Positions 26,938-36,788 are shown, numbered from the stretch's first letter. The stretch is DNA of 64,000 bases from an uncultured Acidobacteriota bacterium (GCA_963707075.1 CAVPOX010000033.1:17301-81300); one strand, 5' to 3'. A program made the numbers and translations. Notes: generated by a model not told the origin, from the sequence alone.

Positions 26938-28835
26938 TGTGCGGAATCACCGGTATCGCCGCGGCCCGGGGACCGGCTCCGGAGCTATCCAGACTCCAGG
27001 CGATGAATGGCGTCCTGGAACATCGGGGCCCTGACGATGCGGGGTACCACCTGCAAGGCGGGGTCGGTTTCGGCATGCGCCGTCTCTCCATCATCGATCT
27101 GGCGACCGGAGGGCAACCGCTACACAACGAATCGGGGTCTGTTTCGGTCGTCTTCAACGGCGAGATCTACAACTTCAGGGAGATTCGCGCCGACCTCGAG
27201 AGTCGCGGCCACCGCTTTTCAACGCACTCCGATGGCGAGGTGATCCCTCATCTCTGGGAGGAATCGGGGCCGGCTTTCGCCGATCGACTCAACGGGATGT
27301 TCGCCATCGCGCTGCACGATGCGGACAGCGACAAGGTCGTGCTTGCCCGGGACCGCGTCGGTATCAAGCCCCTGTTCTGGTCCTGGCAGCGGGGGCGGCT
27401 GGTCTTCGGCTCAGAAATCAAGGCGATCCTGGCGGCGGGCGAGGTCGATCCGCAGCTCGATTTCGACGGGCTGGGACAGCTCCTGGCGTGGGAGTACGTC
27501 CCCGCGCCGCGAACGCTCTTCAAGAACATCTTCAAGCTCGAGCCCGGACACCTCCTGATGCTCGACCTCGGCGAAGCGTCCATCACTGACTCGACGTGGT
27601 GGGACTTGGCCAAGCTTCTGGAGGCCGGGCCCTCCAGCTCCAGGCAGTCGGCAACTTCGCCACACGTCCTGGCAGACCGCCTCGACCTCGCGGTCTCCCA
27701 AGCGACTCGACGGCAGCTGATCAGCGACGTGCCACTCGGAGCCTTTCTGTCAGGCGGGGTCGACAGCTCCCTGGTCGTGGCCGGGATGGGGCAGGCCAGG
27801 GCCTTCAGCATCGGCTTCGGTGACGCCTCGTACGACGAGACTCGCTGGGCCGCACAGGTCGCGGAGCACCTGGGTGTCAGCCACCGCGTGGAACAGATCA
27901 CGCCGGATGCCGCAGCCCTGTTCGACCGACTCATGGTTTATCTGGACGATCCCATCGGCGACTTCTCGATCTTCCCGACCTTTCTTGTCTCCGAGCTCGC
28001 CCGGCAGGAAGTCAAAGTCGTGCTCTCTGGCGATGGTGGCGATGAGTTGTTCGGAGGCTACGAGACCTACGTCGCGCAGAATCTGGCCAGACGGCTCGGC
28101 TGGCTGCCGCGATCGTTCAAGGAGGGGCTGCTACCTCGAGTCGCTTCCCGGATCGCACCCAGACCCGTCAAGAAGGGGCTTGTCAACAAGGCCAAGCGGT
28201 TTCTGGAAGGCTTGCAGCACCCCGAAACCTTGGCGCACGCACGCTGGCGCCTGTTTCTGGGACCCGAGCAGCTGGTCAGGCTATTGACACCAGCGGCCAC
28301 GGAGCAGATGCAGATCCCTGTCACCGAGCATATCGATCGGCTGCGTGGCCAGGTTGGGCATCTGCCGTCTCTGGACCAGGAGTTGTATGTCGATTTCCGC
28401 AGCTATCTGCCGGACAACTGTCTGGTCAAGGTCGACCGCATGTCGATGGCCACATCCCTCGAGGTTCGAGTTCCATTGCTCGACAACGCCGTGATCGAGA
28501 CCGGCTTCGCGCTGCCCCCGAGCCTCAAGGTAGAAGGTGGAAGGACCAAGGTCCTGTTGAAAGAGGTCGCCTCACGGCACCTTCCCCGGAGCTCGGTCTA
28601 CCGGCCCAAGGAGGGCTTCAGCATGCCGATGAAGGATTGGCTTCGCCAGGAATTGCGACCACAGATGGAGGATCTGCTCTCCGGCGATCACCTCCGGCAG
28701 CAAGGGCTCTTCGAGGTCGACGAGGTCGATCGGCTCATGGCAGAGCACCTCGCCCGTAGAGCCAACCACAGCCATGTCCTGTGGAGCCTGATGGTCTTTC
28801 AGGACTGGAGTCAGCGATGGACGGTGTCGATTTGA
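26937..28835 (+). CDS. asnB: asparagine synthase family glutamine amidotransferase (second copy)
   Basis: MCGITGI nucleophile, NGEIYNF and the PP-loop SGGVDSS. The ATG shares one base with the preceding TAA. Confidence 0.92.
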   Translation: MCGITGIAAARGPAPELSRLQAMNGVLEHRGPDDAGYHLQGGVGFGMRRLSIIDLATGGQPLHNESGSVSVVFNGEIYNFREIRADLESRGHRFSTHSDGEVIPHLWEESGPAFADRLNGMFAIALHDADSDKVVLARDRVGIKPLFWSWQRGRLVFGSEIKAILAAGEVDPQLDFDGLGQLLAWEYVPAPRTLFKNIFKLEPGHLLMLDLGEASITDSTWWDLAKLLEAGPSSSRQSATSPHVLADRLDLAVSQATRRQLISDVPLGAFLSGGVDSSLVVAGMGQARAFSIGFGDASYDETRWAAQVAEHLGVSHRVEQITPDAAALFDRLMVYLDDPIGDFSIFPTFLVSELARQEVKVVLSGDGGDELFGGYETYVAQNLARRLGWLPRSFKEGLLPRVASRIAPRPVKKGLVNKAKRFLEGLQHPETLAHARWRLFLGPEQLVRLLTPAATEQMQIPVTEHIDRLRGQVGHLPSLDQELYVDFRSYLPDNCLVKVDRMSMATSLEVRVPLLDNAVIETGFALPPSLKVEGGRTKVLLKEVASRHLPRSSVYRPKEGFSMPMKDWLRQELRPQMEDLLSGDHLRQQGLFEVDEVDRLMAEHLARRANHSHVLWSLMVFQDWSQRWTVSI

Positions 28836-30289
28836 TCGACCGCAATCCGGAGGCGGCCACTGAAGTCCGATACGACCTGACGGTCTTGGGCGGCGGGGTC
28901 TACGGCATCGCGCTTTGCCTCGAGGCCTCGCGTCAGGGGCTCAGGACACTCCTCGTTGAGAGGAACGATTTTGGCAGCGAGACCAGCTGGAACAGTCTGC
29001 GTATCCTGCACGGAGGACTGCGCTACCTCCAGACGATGGATCTCGCCAGATTTCGGGAGTCCGTCGCTGCGCGTCGAAATTGGATCCTCACGTACCCGGA
29101 GCTGGTGAATCCGTTGCCCTGTGTGATGCCTCTCTACGGTCAGGGGCTGAAGAGGCCAGGGGTCCTGCGCCTGGCCTTGGCCGCCAATCATCTGCTGTCA
29201 GCCAACCGCAACCGAGGAGTGCGTGACGATCGTCGACTGGCAGCAGGCACCGTCTTGTCGCCACAGGAGCTCCGCCAACTGTTCCCGACTCTCGACCTTG
29301 GCGGTGCCAAGGCCGGTGCCCTCTGGTACGACGCCATGATGCCCAGCTCCGAGCGCATTCTCATGGAAATGCTCAGGTGGGCTGCCGCCTGCGGTGCAAC
29401 GTGCCTGAACTATGTCGAAGCCGACCGACTCTCGAGCGACGGAACCCGCGTTGGCGGCGTCATCTGCCGAGACCGGACAACGGACAGGGAGCTCCGGTTC
29501 TCCACCCGGGCCGTCGTTTCGTGTGTGGGACCCTGGAGTCGGCAGCTGCTGGGCAAGAGCTCCCAACACACCTCCGACCTCTTTCGTCCCTCGCTCGCAC
29601 TCAATCTTCTGCTGGACCGCGAGAGTCTCGGCGAGGCTGCTATCGCGGTTACAGCCAAAGGCAACGATGCGGGGGCCTTCTTTCTCTGCCCCTGGCAGGG
29701 ACGCATCCTGGCAGGCACCTTTCACGCCGCACTGCCAAATGACCCAAAAGACGATCTCACGCAGATCCGTGAACGTTCGGTGAAGCAGTTCCTCGATCAG
29801 CTCAACAGCGCCCTCCCTGAGCTCCAGCTGACCCAGGATGCCGTCCTGCTGGTCCAGGCGGGGCAGCTCCCTGCCAGGTCGAACGGTTCGACCGAGCTGG
29901 CCAATCGCCCGGTATTCCTCCATCTCGGGGACCTCGATGCGCCGAGCGGCCTCTTCGCCCTTTCTGGAGTGAAGTTCACCACCGCACGTCAGGTTGCGGA
30001 GCAGGCCGTGAGGGGCCTTCACCACTATCTCGGCTTGCCCTCTCGTACCCAGCCGAGTATCGCCCGGCCCGAGGTTCGGACGATCCCGACCTGGGAGGAA
30101 TTTTCCGCCCTGTCGCAGGCCGACGCCGAAAAATCTCGCCAGATCCTGCTCGACATCGTCCGCCGAGAGAGTGTGCAGAATCTGGAAGATTTGATGCTGC
30201 GCCGCACAGCGTGGTGGGCCACCCGCCAAAGCGAGCTCGAAGGTCGGACGCGGAAGGTCTCGCGGCTCCTCGGCCACGCGCTCGCCTAG
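28817..30289 (+). CDS. FAD-dependent oxidoreductase, glycerol-3-phosphate dehydrogenase/oxidase-like
   Basis: Dinucleotide fold DLTVLGGGVYGIALCLEASRQG ... ERNDFGSETSWNSLRILHGGLRYL, as in the GlpD/GlpO family. An ATG at 28817 is preferred; a GTG at 28781 is possible. It overlaps the asnB 3' end. Confidence 0.8.
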   Translation: MDGVDLIDRNPEAATEVRYDLTVLGGGVYGIALCLEASRQGLRTLLVERNDFGSETSWNSLRILHGGLRYLQTMDLARFRESVAARRNWILTYPELVNPLPCVMPLYGQGLKRPGVLRLALAANHLLSANRNRGVRDDRRLAAGTVLSPQELRQLFPTLDLGGAKAGALWYDAMMPSSERILMEMLRWAAACGATCLNYVEADRLSSDGTRVGGVICRDRTTDRELRFSTRAVVSCVGPWSRQLLGKSSQHTSDLFRPSLALNLLLDRESLGEAAIAVTAKGNDAGAFFLCPWQGRILAGTFHAALPNDPKDDLTQIRERSVKQFLDQLNSALPELQLTQDAVLLVQAGQLPARSNGSTELANRPVFLHLGDLDAPSGLFALSGVKFTTARQVAEQAVRGLHHYLGLPSRTQPSIARPEVRTIPTWEEFSALSQADAEKSRQILLDIVRRESVQNLEDLMLRRTAWWATRQSELEGRTRKVSRLLGHALA

Positions 30290-30348
30290 CCCTATCCGAT
30301 AGCTCTCGAGCGTCTGTCACGTCTCCGGCCCGGTCGGAAGAATCTACC

Positions 30349-30369
30349 GGCCCTGGCGGGTCCAGGGTC
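30349..30369 (+). terminator. candidate stem-loop 60 nt after the oxidoreductase stop
   Basis: GGCCCTGG-cgggt-CCAGGGTC: an 8-bp stem (one G-U pair) with a 5-nt loop. No U-tract follows, so it is at best a weak or non-canonical terminator. Confidence 0.25.
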
Positions 30370-30773
30370 GGGAGGATTTCCCCACCATGGCCTCACTCTT
30401 TTCGCGCAAACTCTCAGATCTCTTTAGACAAGGTAGCTTACAGACATCGCCGGATCAGGCATCGAACTTGCTCTCTCGCCAGTCGTGTATGTGTCTTCAC
30501 CCTCGGCTCGCTGCCACCTCGGGAAAACCACCTCTGTGTTTGCAGGTCAATCACACCCTGTGGACTATCTAACTGACTTGCATCTGGCAGACATCAGACA
30601 CTGACCACTCACTGGAAGCCTTGTCTAGGACCCGGCCATGCCGTCGAGCCAATTGATGACCGTCTACCTCTCGTTCGGCCACGCTGACAGATATTCGCCT
30701 ATAGCTCTATGACTGTTGACCGATCAACGAACGCCAACCAAAACTAGACGCCCTTTCCCCGCGAGACTCGTTC

Positions 30774-32985
30774 ATGAAGATGATTTCCCTGCCGTTCTTT
30801 CGACACCTTCCCAAATATTCACTTTTTGCTCTAGGCGCGACCTGCGCGCTACTCGCAGCCCCGACGATGCTCGAGGCAGCCAGCGACCCAATAGAGATCC
30901 CGGCTCAGACCGACTGGACGGACCACGGCTGGATTCTGAACCCCGGTTCCAACGGCAGCTGGGACAAGTACCTCAACGGGATGTTGACCGCGTCGGTCGT
31001 CAAGAAGGCCGGTGTCTACTACCTCTACTATGGTGGTGCTTGCTGCTACAGCTCATCACTCGATTCGGTGGTGGACCGCGCCATAGGCGTCGCGACGAGC
31101 ACAGACGGCATCAACTTCACCAAGTATTCGGGCAACCCGGTCATCACCTGGCAGCCCAAGAACGGCGACGAAGAAGGGGCTGCCTCGGGTGCCGCAGTCC
31201 TCGATCCCAATGGCCAGATCGTCATCTATTACGGCGCCAACACCGAAGAGAGCGCGACAACGGTCACCGCCGACGCCCGAATTGCCGTCTCCAGCAACGG
31301 CAAGAGCTTCACGGACAAGGGGATCGTGCTGAATCACAAGGACAATTCAATCTGGGGCTCCGGGGATGAGCTGTTCCCGATCATCGCCTTCGAAGATGCC
31401 GGGAAATGGTTCCAGTACTACCTGCCCAATGGGACGCCGCAGGGCCGCACGCTCGGCGTAGCCTGGGGTCCCGGCCGCAGCAGTCTGAGCAACTCGGCAG
31501 GCGCTCGAGACGGCAAGGCGATTCAGGCTTGGGGTGTCGGTGGCGGCGCCATCAAGATCGCCGACGGCACTTACGCCCTGTTCCTCAACGACGTGCGCGT
31601 TCCCGAAGACCGAGGTGCGCATCGTCTCGACCTCCGATCCGACGACACTGAGCAAACCCGTCGAGGTGTATCAGTGGCCAGACGTGGCGCAGTTCACGGT
31701 CTTCCTGGATACCGAAGTCAACACCTGGTTCATGTATTACCGGAACGCTGCGCAGAATCGCTACGGAGTCAAGACGGCACCAGCGGCTGAAAACAGCGCC
31801 TCGTCACCGCCATCACAGGTCACAGGCTTCGGTGTGGGCGGTGTCACGTCGTCATCCGTGGATCTGAGCTGGAATCTTTCTACGGACGAAGACAGCAGCA
31901 ACTATCGCTACCGAATCTACCGGGGAGGTCAGCTGGCTGGATCGACAACCTCCGGAATCTTCACGGACACGGAGTTGGCTGCCGGCACCACCTACAGTTA
32001 TCAGGTCAGCGCGATAACCCAGGACGGTGTCGAAGGACCCAAGAGCGTCAAGCGAACGGCCACGACTCTGCTGCCGGCTCCCGACACTCCCTCGCAGGTC
32101 GTCGGTCTGGCGATTGGCGCGGTGACCACTTCCTCGATCGATCTCAGCTGGAATGCCTCCCAGGACCCGGACAGTGGAAGTTATCGCTATCGTGTCTATC
32201 GCAACGGCAAGCTCGTGGCGACGAAGTCCGCGACATCCTTCAAGGACAGCGGGCTCGAGTCCGGAACGCTCTACAGCTACCAGGTCAGTGCTTTGAATCA
32301 AAGCAACGTCGAAGGGCCAAAGAGTGGCAAGAAGTCGGCGACGACTCTGACCACCGTCAGCGACCCGCCTTCCAGGGTCAGTGGCCTGACTATCGTCGAC
32401 ATTACGACCGAGACGCTCTACTTGACCTGGAATCCTTCCGACGATCCCAATGCAGCGGACTATCGGTATCGCATTTATCGCGATAGCCAGCTCATCGCCA
32501 CCCAGTCCTCTGCATCCTTCCGCGATTCTGGACTCACACCCGGAACAACCTACGGCTATCAGGTCAGCGCAGTCGACAGAAGCGAAGTGGAAGGGCCAAA
32601 GAGCTACAAGGAATCGGCGACGACGGCCACTCAGGTGGGTACGGCCCCCTCCATCGTAAGAGGCTTGGGCTTCTCTGCAGTCGACTCGACATCCATCGAT
32701 CTGACCTGGGATGCCTCCAAGGACCCCAAGAGCAACGGGTATCGCTACTACGTCTATCGCTGGGGAGAATTGATCGGCGTCACCCGCAAGACCACCTTCA
32801 GAGATATCGATCTCACGCCAGATACGCGCTACCTCTACCAGGTCAGCGCAGTCAGCGAGGATGGCGTTGAAGGTCCTTTGAGCCAAAAGCGACGCGTCAG
32901 CACCGATGAGGGAGCGGGTCCCGCGTTTTTCGCCGACGGGCTGGAATCCGGCAACTTCAAGGCCTGGAGCAGTGTCAGGCGCTGA
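30774..32985 (+). pseudogene. secreted beta-propeller glycoside-hydrolase-like protein with four tandem FN3 domains, interrupted by one frameshift
   Basis: ORFs 30774..31790 (frame 3) and 31534..32985 (frame 1) together are collinear with the paralogue 9471..10733. Compare ...YALFLNDVRVP | KTEVRIVSTSDPTTLSKPVEVYQWP with ...YALFLNDLRIPQSEVRTFTAEAPDMLSTPIQIYRWE. The break falls in the CCC run at 31602-31604, where one base is in excess. Confidence 0.75.
31804..32901 (+). repeat. four tandem FN3-domain coding repeats (period about 92-94 codons)
   Basis: The repeat units start at SPPSQV, TPSQVV, DPPSRV and APSIVR. Each contains (S/T)(I/V)DL(S/T)W, YRYR(I/V)YR, TxYxYQVSA and VEGPKS. Similarity is at the protein level; the DNA has diverged. 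Confidence 0.8.
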
Positions 32986-33140
32986 GACCCGCGCTTCCGG
33001 GCCTTAGGCCCCATAGACGGATAGAAAACTGACTCTTCTCGGTGAGCCACTCAACGTGGTTCTGCTAGGGTTGCGGGTGACGAGTCGACCTGCTCAACTT
33101 TTCCCCCGCGCAAGATCGCCGAATCTGGAGACCACTGGGT

Positions 33141-34166
33141 TTGAAGCTACTACTGACAACGGTTATCCGGCATTCGAAGGTGGGAGAGGACATCACTGGC
33201 CGGGTCATCGAGCTGGAGTGGCCCTCGGGCAAGATTCTCCGTCAGTTTCCTACTCCCGACCCACTCCACCCCACCTCGAATCTCAATCCGCGAGGGGGGC
33301 TGCGTGGTGGCAGAGGGGTCAAGTTCTTCGATCGGCGATACTTCGTCGCAAACTACGACACTGTCTACATCTACAACCAGGATTGGCAACGGGTCGGCCA
33401 GGTATCCCATCCGCTCTCGGTCGACATTCATGAGATCGATGTCGATGAGGAGGGCATCTGGGTCACCTGCTCACGCTGCGACCTGGTTCTCCAGCTCGGG
33501 TTCGACGGAGAGCTGCGCAGAAAGTGGCATATTTCCGATTCGACCGACCTGGTGAGGCGTTTGAAGATCCAGCAGCTGCCACTCGATCTGACCCTGGACT
33601 ACCGCCGAGCCGCTCCCGACGGTATCGACCAGACCCACCTCAATTCCATTCAGCTGGTCGATCGAGGAGTCGTCTGCCTGAATCTAGGACGGGTCATTCC
33701 ACTGACGGCCAGGCGCAATCTCGTTCTCAAGTTGATGGGACATCGAAGTCCCAGTGCCATGGGAAGATTCGAACGGCAGCTGCTCAGTCGATTGCAGGGC
33801 GTCTCCTCCGTCATCCTCAAACTCGATCTCACCCAGCCAGAAAGGGTCGAGATCCTCGCACAGATTCCGACCCTTCGGCCGAGCCACAACGGCGTAATGC
33901 TCGATGCCGACAAGCTCGCACTGGCTCACGAGACCGGATTCCTCCAGATCATCCGGCCGGGACGAACCCGTCCGACTTTTTCTATCGAGGTACCTGGCAA
34001 CTGGCATAGAGGGCTGACCAAACTCGACGGTGAGCGTGTGGTCGTCGGCACTGGACCTTGTGGGCTGGTGGAATTGAACCTGAGAAGCAGAGATGTCGGA
34101 CCTTCCCTGCAGCTCTCGGGCGATCCCAACGAATCCGTCCATGGACTCACCACAGTCGAAGACTGA
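33141..34166 (+). CDS. hypothetical protein (possibly beta-propeller-like)
   Basis: 341-aa ORF with a TTG start and typical coding composition. The repeating hydrophobic-strand pattern and a DQTHLNS motif are faintly reminiscent of the DUF4915/TIGR03032-type family. The assignment is not secure. Confidence 0.5.
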   Translation: MKLLLTTVIRHSKVGEDITGRVIELEWPSGKILRQFPTPDPLHPTSNLNPRGGLRGGRGVKFFDRRYFVANYDTVYIYNQDWQRVGQVSHPLSVDIHEIDVDEEGIWVTCSRCDLVLQLGFDGELRRKWHISDSTDLVRRLKIQQLPLDLTLDYRRAAPDGIDQTHLNSIQLVDRGVVCLNLGRVIPLTARRNLVLKLMGHRSPSAMGRFERQLLSRLQGVSSVILKLDLTQPERVEILAQIPTLRPSHNGVMLDADKLALAHETGFLQIIRPGRTRPTFSIEVPGNWHRGLTKLDGERVVVGTGPCGLVELNLRSRDVGPSLQLSGDPNESVHGLTTVED

Positions 34167-34214
34167 CAGGCCTCTACAAGCTCGGGCATTCGCTGGATGA
34201 GATGCCAGCCTGGC

Positions 34215-36788
34215 CTAGAGCGAGAGCAGCCAGAAGACGCCCGCGGTCATTGCCGTCACGGCTGATACCGCGATCAAGACCTTCGCGCGCTTGAGGGCTC
34301 GGTGCTTCTGCGTTTGAAAACGCTCAGGCTGCCCGAAGTCGACCTCAGCGGGTGGTCTATCGACCTCGAAGGCTTCCACCGGCCGATCGAAGTAGGCCTG
34401 CGAAGCGCCGTTGGACAAAAGCAGTACAAGGGGCCGGCAGTAGGAGCTCGTCTTCGCCTTCTCGAGCTGGTCCACCGATTGATCGAAGAAGAATCGCGCC
34501 CGCGCTCGCAGCTGCTCATTGGCCGGCGACTCCGCAAAAAGTGACGCTACATTCAGCAGCTCACACTTGCGCATATCCTGGGCTGCCCATGTCTCGGTCG
34601 GAAACTGGAGGATATCCGGACGCTCGAGATAAGGTCGCTCGTTCTCAGCCGCCCACCCGGCATAACGCAGCAGCGACGCGCGGCCGTAATGAAACATCGC
34701 ATCCAACTGGCCATACTCGAACTTCAGCAGTAGGTACTTGCCGAGCGTTTGCAGGAACATCGTATAGAACCAACGGTGCTCTGCATCCCAGAGATTCTGG
34801 TCTTCGAGATCGTCCCGTGGGTGGATGCAACGTCGAATCAACTGCTCGGCCTTCTCGAGAAACCGAGCCTCCCGGTTCAATCTGTAGGCATCGAGAAGCG
34901 CAGAAATCGCATTCGCTGGGCTACGCCCTGGACCGTGATACCCGTCGAAGCCCGATTCAGAAACGTGACCGGTGTATCCCCGGTCCAGAAATCGAAAAAT
35001 CGTCTGCCGACCATCGTCCGCATCGATCACATACTGCCCCAATGACAGAACCGCCTCATGCGACAAGTGGGAGCCGGTCAGGTAGTAGTGAAGGAGAAGT
35101 CCATGGGTATAGAGATTTCCGGTGGAAGGTCCGCCGCCGTTGACTTCCGGTCCAGGGGGGTACGCTCGGTGGGTGCTGGCGCCAGCGTCGATGTAGTGGA
35201 TCGTGTGCCAAAACTGCCCCCCGTTGTAGGTCGATTTGTCATCCGTCGTGTGGTAGAGGTCGATGTCGACAACATGCCTGGCCAGTTCATCCATCAAGAA
35301 GTACCACTCGAGGCCCCCCTGGCGAAAGAACTGAGTGGCGAACCCCGCAACGGCGTCGTATTGGTTGTTGTAGTGCGACAGGAAGACTTCCGGCCCCTCG
35401 TGGAAGGCTGACTCGTGATCACCGTAGAGGTCTCCGAAATGCCTCCATCCGTACTCGTCGACTGCCTCGCGCTTGGCCACAAAGCCGACGGCAGGGTCGA
35501 GTGATTTCTGCACCAGTCTCTTGTACCCCTCATTGGAGTCCTCGGACGCTGGAGTGAGAAAGGGAACAGCTCGAGCTTCCTTGTACCAGTGCGGTTCAGC
35601 TCGAGCCACCAGGGGCGATCGGCCCCAGTCGAGGGTCTCGAGAGGGTCGAAATCACCGCCGCCGTAGGCCAGAACCAACGTGTGGGTCTTGCGCTCGCCA
35701 CCCTGGATCTCGTGGGGATATCCCTGTCCACCTGGCAATAGCCCCAGATCGAGACGATCCCGCTTGATTTCTATTGACTTCGGGGAGTTCTGCCAGAAAT
35801 GCTGCATGGCAAGCCCCAGCCAGCCATCAGGGGTGTGGACGCTCACGGCAGGCGTCGCCCGCAGACCCGAGCTCTCCTCTGCGCCACTGGAAAGTCTGAA
35901 TCCGCGATATGGGAGTCTCACCTCGCCATCCGAGCCCATGTGGTTTCGGCTATTCCAGTTCACCCCACCACTCGACGCTTGAACCAGTGAGAGCGGGACT
36001 GCCGCGTCCCGCATCTCCTGCCCGACTGCAGTCGAGACACGACATCCGGTCGCCTCTAGGCTGTCGTCCAAAGGAATTGAGACATCGAAGGCCTCGAGAA
36101 GCAAAGCGCCCGCCCCTCCCAGAGTCCAGATGCCGCCCGGATGTCCTGCAGCTCTGGGGTTGTGCAGGGCGATCTCGAGCTTCACCGCCCCACCTTCGGC
36201 GAAGACGTGTGATCGCGACAGGACGCGGGCCACCCGCAGACCGTCGCGATCTTGCAGGTCCCACTCCACTCTCACCGTCGCGCGGATCGGGCCCTGTTCC
36301 TCGACCACAACCATCCGACGAGCCGGCACGAGCCTCTCCCCGTCGAGCCCCCTGGCAACGACCGTTGGCGACGGCGCCGAGTCGACGTTGAACAGAGAAT
36401 CCAGCTCAGTCCCGAACTCGATTCTCAAAGCTTCGGTTTCCACGACGACGCCGGATTCCGCATTCTCGCGAACTCGGAGTTGCCGATACGCAGATGAAGC
36501 AGCGACCTCGTCGGTCGCCAGAAGCACGAGACTGGCTGAATCGACACCGGGGGCAGACACCCAATCGAGAAGGATCCAGCGGACCGAACCATCCCCCCAA
36601 CGATCGAGAATCCTGGCTTGCGCGGGTTTGCAATCCCCTTGCCCTTCGTCGATAGCCAGATGCACTGGATCGAACAACTGCCCTTTGGGAAGGGGCAAAC
36701 CCATCGTGACGGGCTCCAAACCGCTCGCCCGTGGCTGGCGACCGGCCTCCCGGAGATAGTGGAGTTTTACCAGAAATCGATCAGTCAT
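34215..36788 (-). CDS. large tail-anchored protein, PcRGLX-like (exo-rhamnogalacturonan-lyase-like) architecture suspected
   Basis: 857-aa uninterrupted ORF. The N-terminus (VTMGLPLPKGQLFD ... ILDRWGDGSVRWILLDW) resembles the RIFT-barrel start of PcRGLX-like proteins. A central/C-terminal region (YNNQYD, GGQFWHT, NLYTHGLLLHYYLTG) looks like an alpha/alpha toroid. A single C-terminal TM is present (VLIAVSAVTAMTAGVFWLLSL). No signal peptide was found. Confidence 0.6.
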   Translation of the reverse strand: MTDRFLVKLHYLREAGRQPRASGLEPVTMGLPLPKGQLFDPVHLAIDEGQGDCKPAQARILDRWGDGSVRWILLDWVSAPGVDSASLVLLATDEVAASSAYRQLRVRENAESGVVVETEALRIEFGTELDSLFNVDSAPSPTVVARGLDGERLVPARRMVVVEEQGPIRATVRVEWDLQDRDGLRVARVLSRSHVFAEGGAVKLEIALHNPRAAGHPGGIWTLGGAGALLLEAFDVSIPLDDSLEATGCRVSTAVGQEMRDAAVPLSLVQASSGGVNWNSRNHMGSDGEVRLPYRGFRLSSGAEESSGLRATPAVSVHTPDGWLGLAMQHFWQNSPKSIEIKRDRLDLGLLPGGQGYPHEIQGGERKTHTLVLAYGGGDFDPLETLDWGRSPLVARAEPHWYKEARAVPFLTPASEDSNEGYKRLVQKSLDPAVGFVAKREAVDEYGWRHFGDLYGDHESAFHEGPEVFLSHYNNQYDAVAGFATQFFRQGGLEWYFLMDELARHVVDIDLYHTTDDKSTYNGGQFWHTIHYIDAGASTHRAYPPGPEVNGGGPSTGNLYTHGLLLHYYLTGSHLSHEAVLSLGQYVIDADDGRQTIFRFLDRGYTGHVSESGFDGYHGPGRSPANAISALLDAYRLNREARFLEKAEQLIRRCIHPRDDLEDQNLWDAEHRWFYTMFLQTLGKYLLLKFEYGQLDAMFHYGRASLLRYAGWAAENERPYLERPDILQFPTETWAAQDMRKCELLNVASLFAESPANEQLRARARFFFDQSVDQLEKAKTSSYCRPLVLLLSNGASQAYFDRPVEAFEVDRPPAEVDFGQPERFQTQKHRALKRAKVLIAVSAVTAMTAGVFWLLSL

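Noticed and set aside
19938-28835. Reading the two asparagine-synthase homologues as lasso-peptide/RiPP cyclases.
   Set aside because: Both are full-length (632-645 aa) with an intact N-terminal Cys glutaminase nucleophile. There is no adjacent small precursor ORF, no transglutaminase-like protease and no RRE/PqqD-like gene. The context is purely glycan assembly.
30290-30773. A c-di-GMP (GEMM-type) or other riboswitch in the long leader upstream of the FN3 protein gene.
   Set aside because: I could not find the conserved GEMM core segments or any other riboswitch signature by eye. It is kept only as an 'unexplained long non-coding gap' finding.
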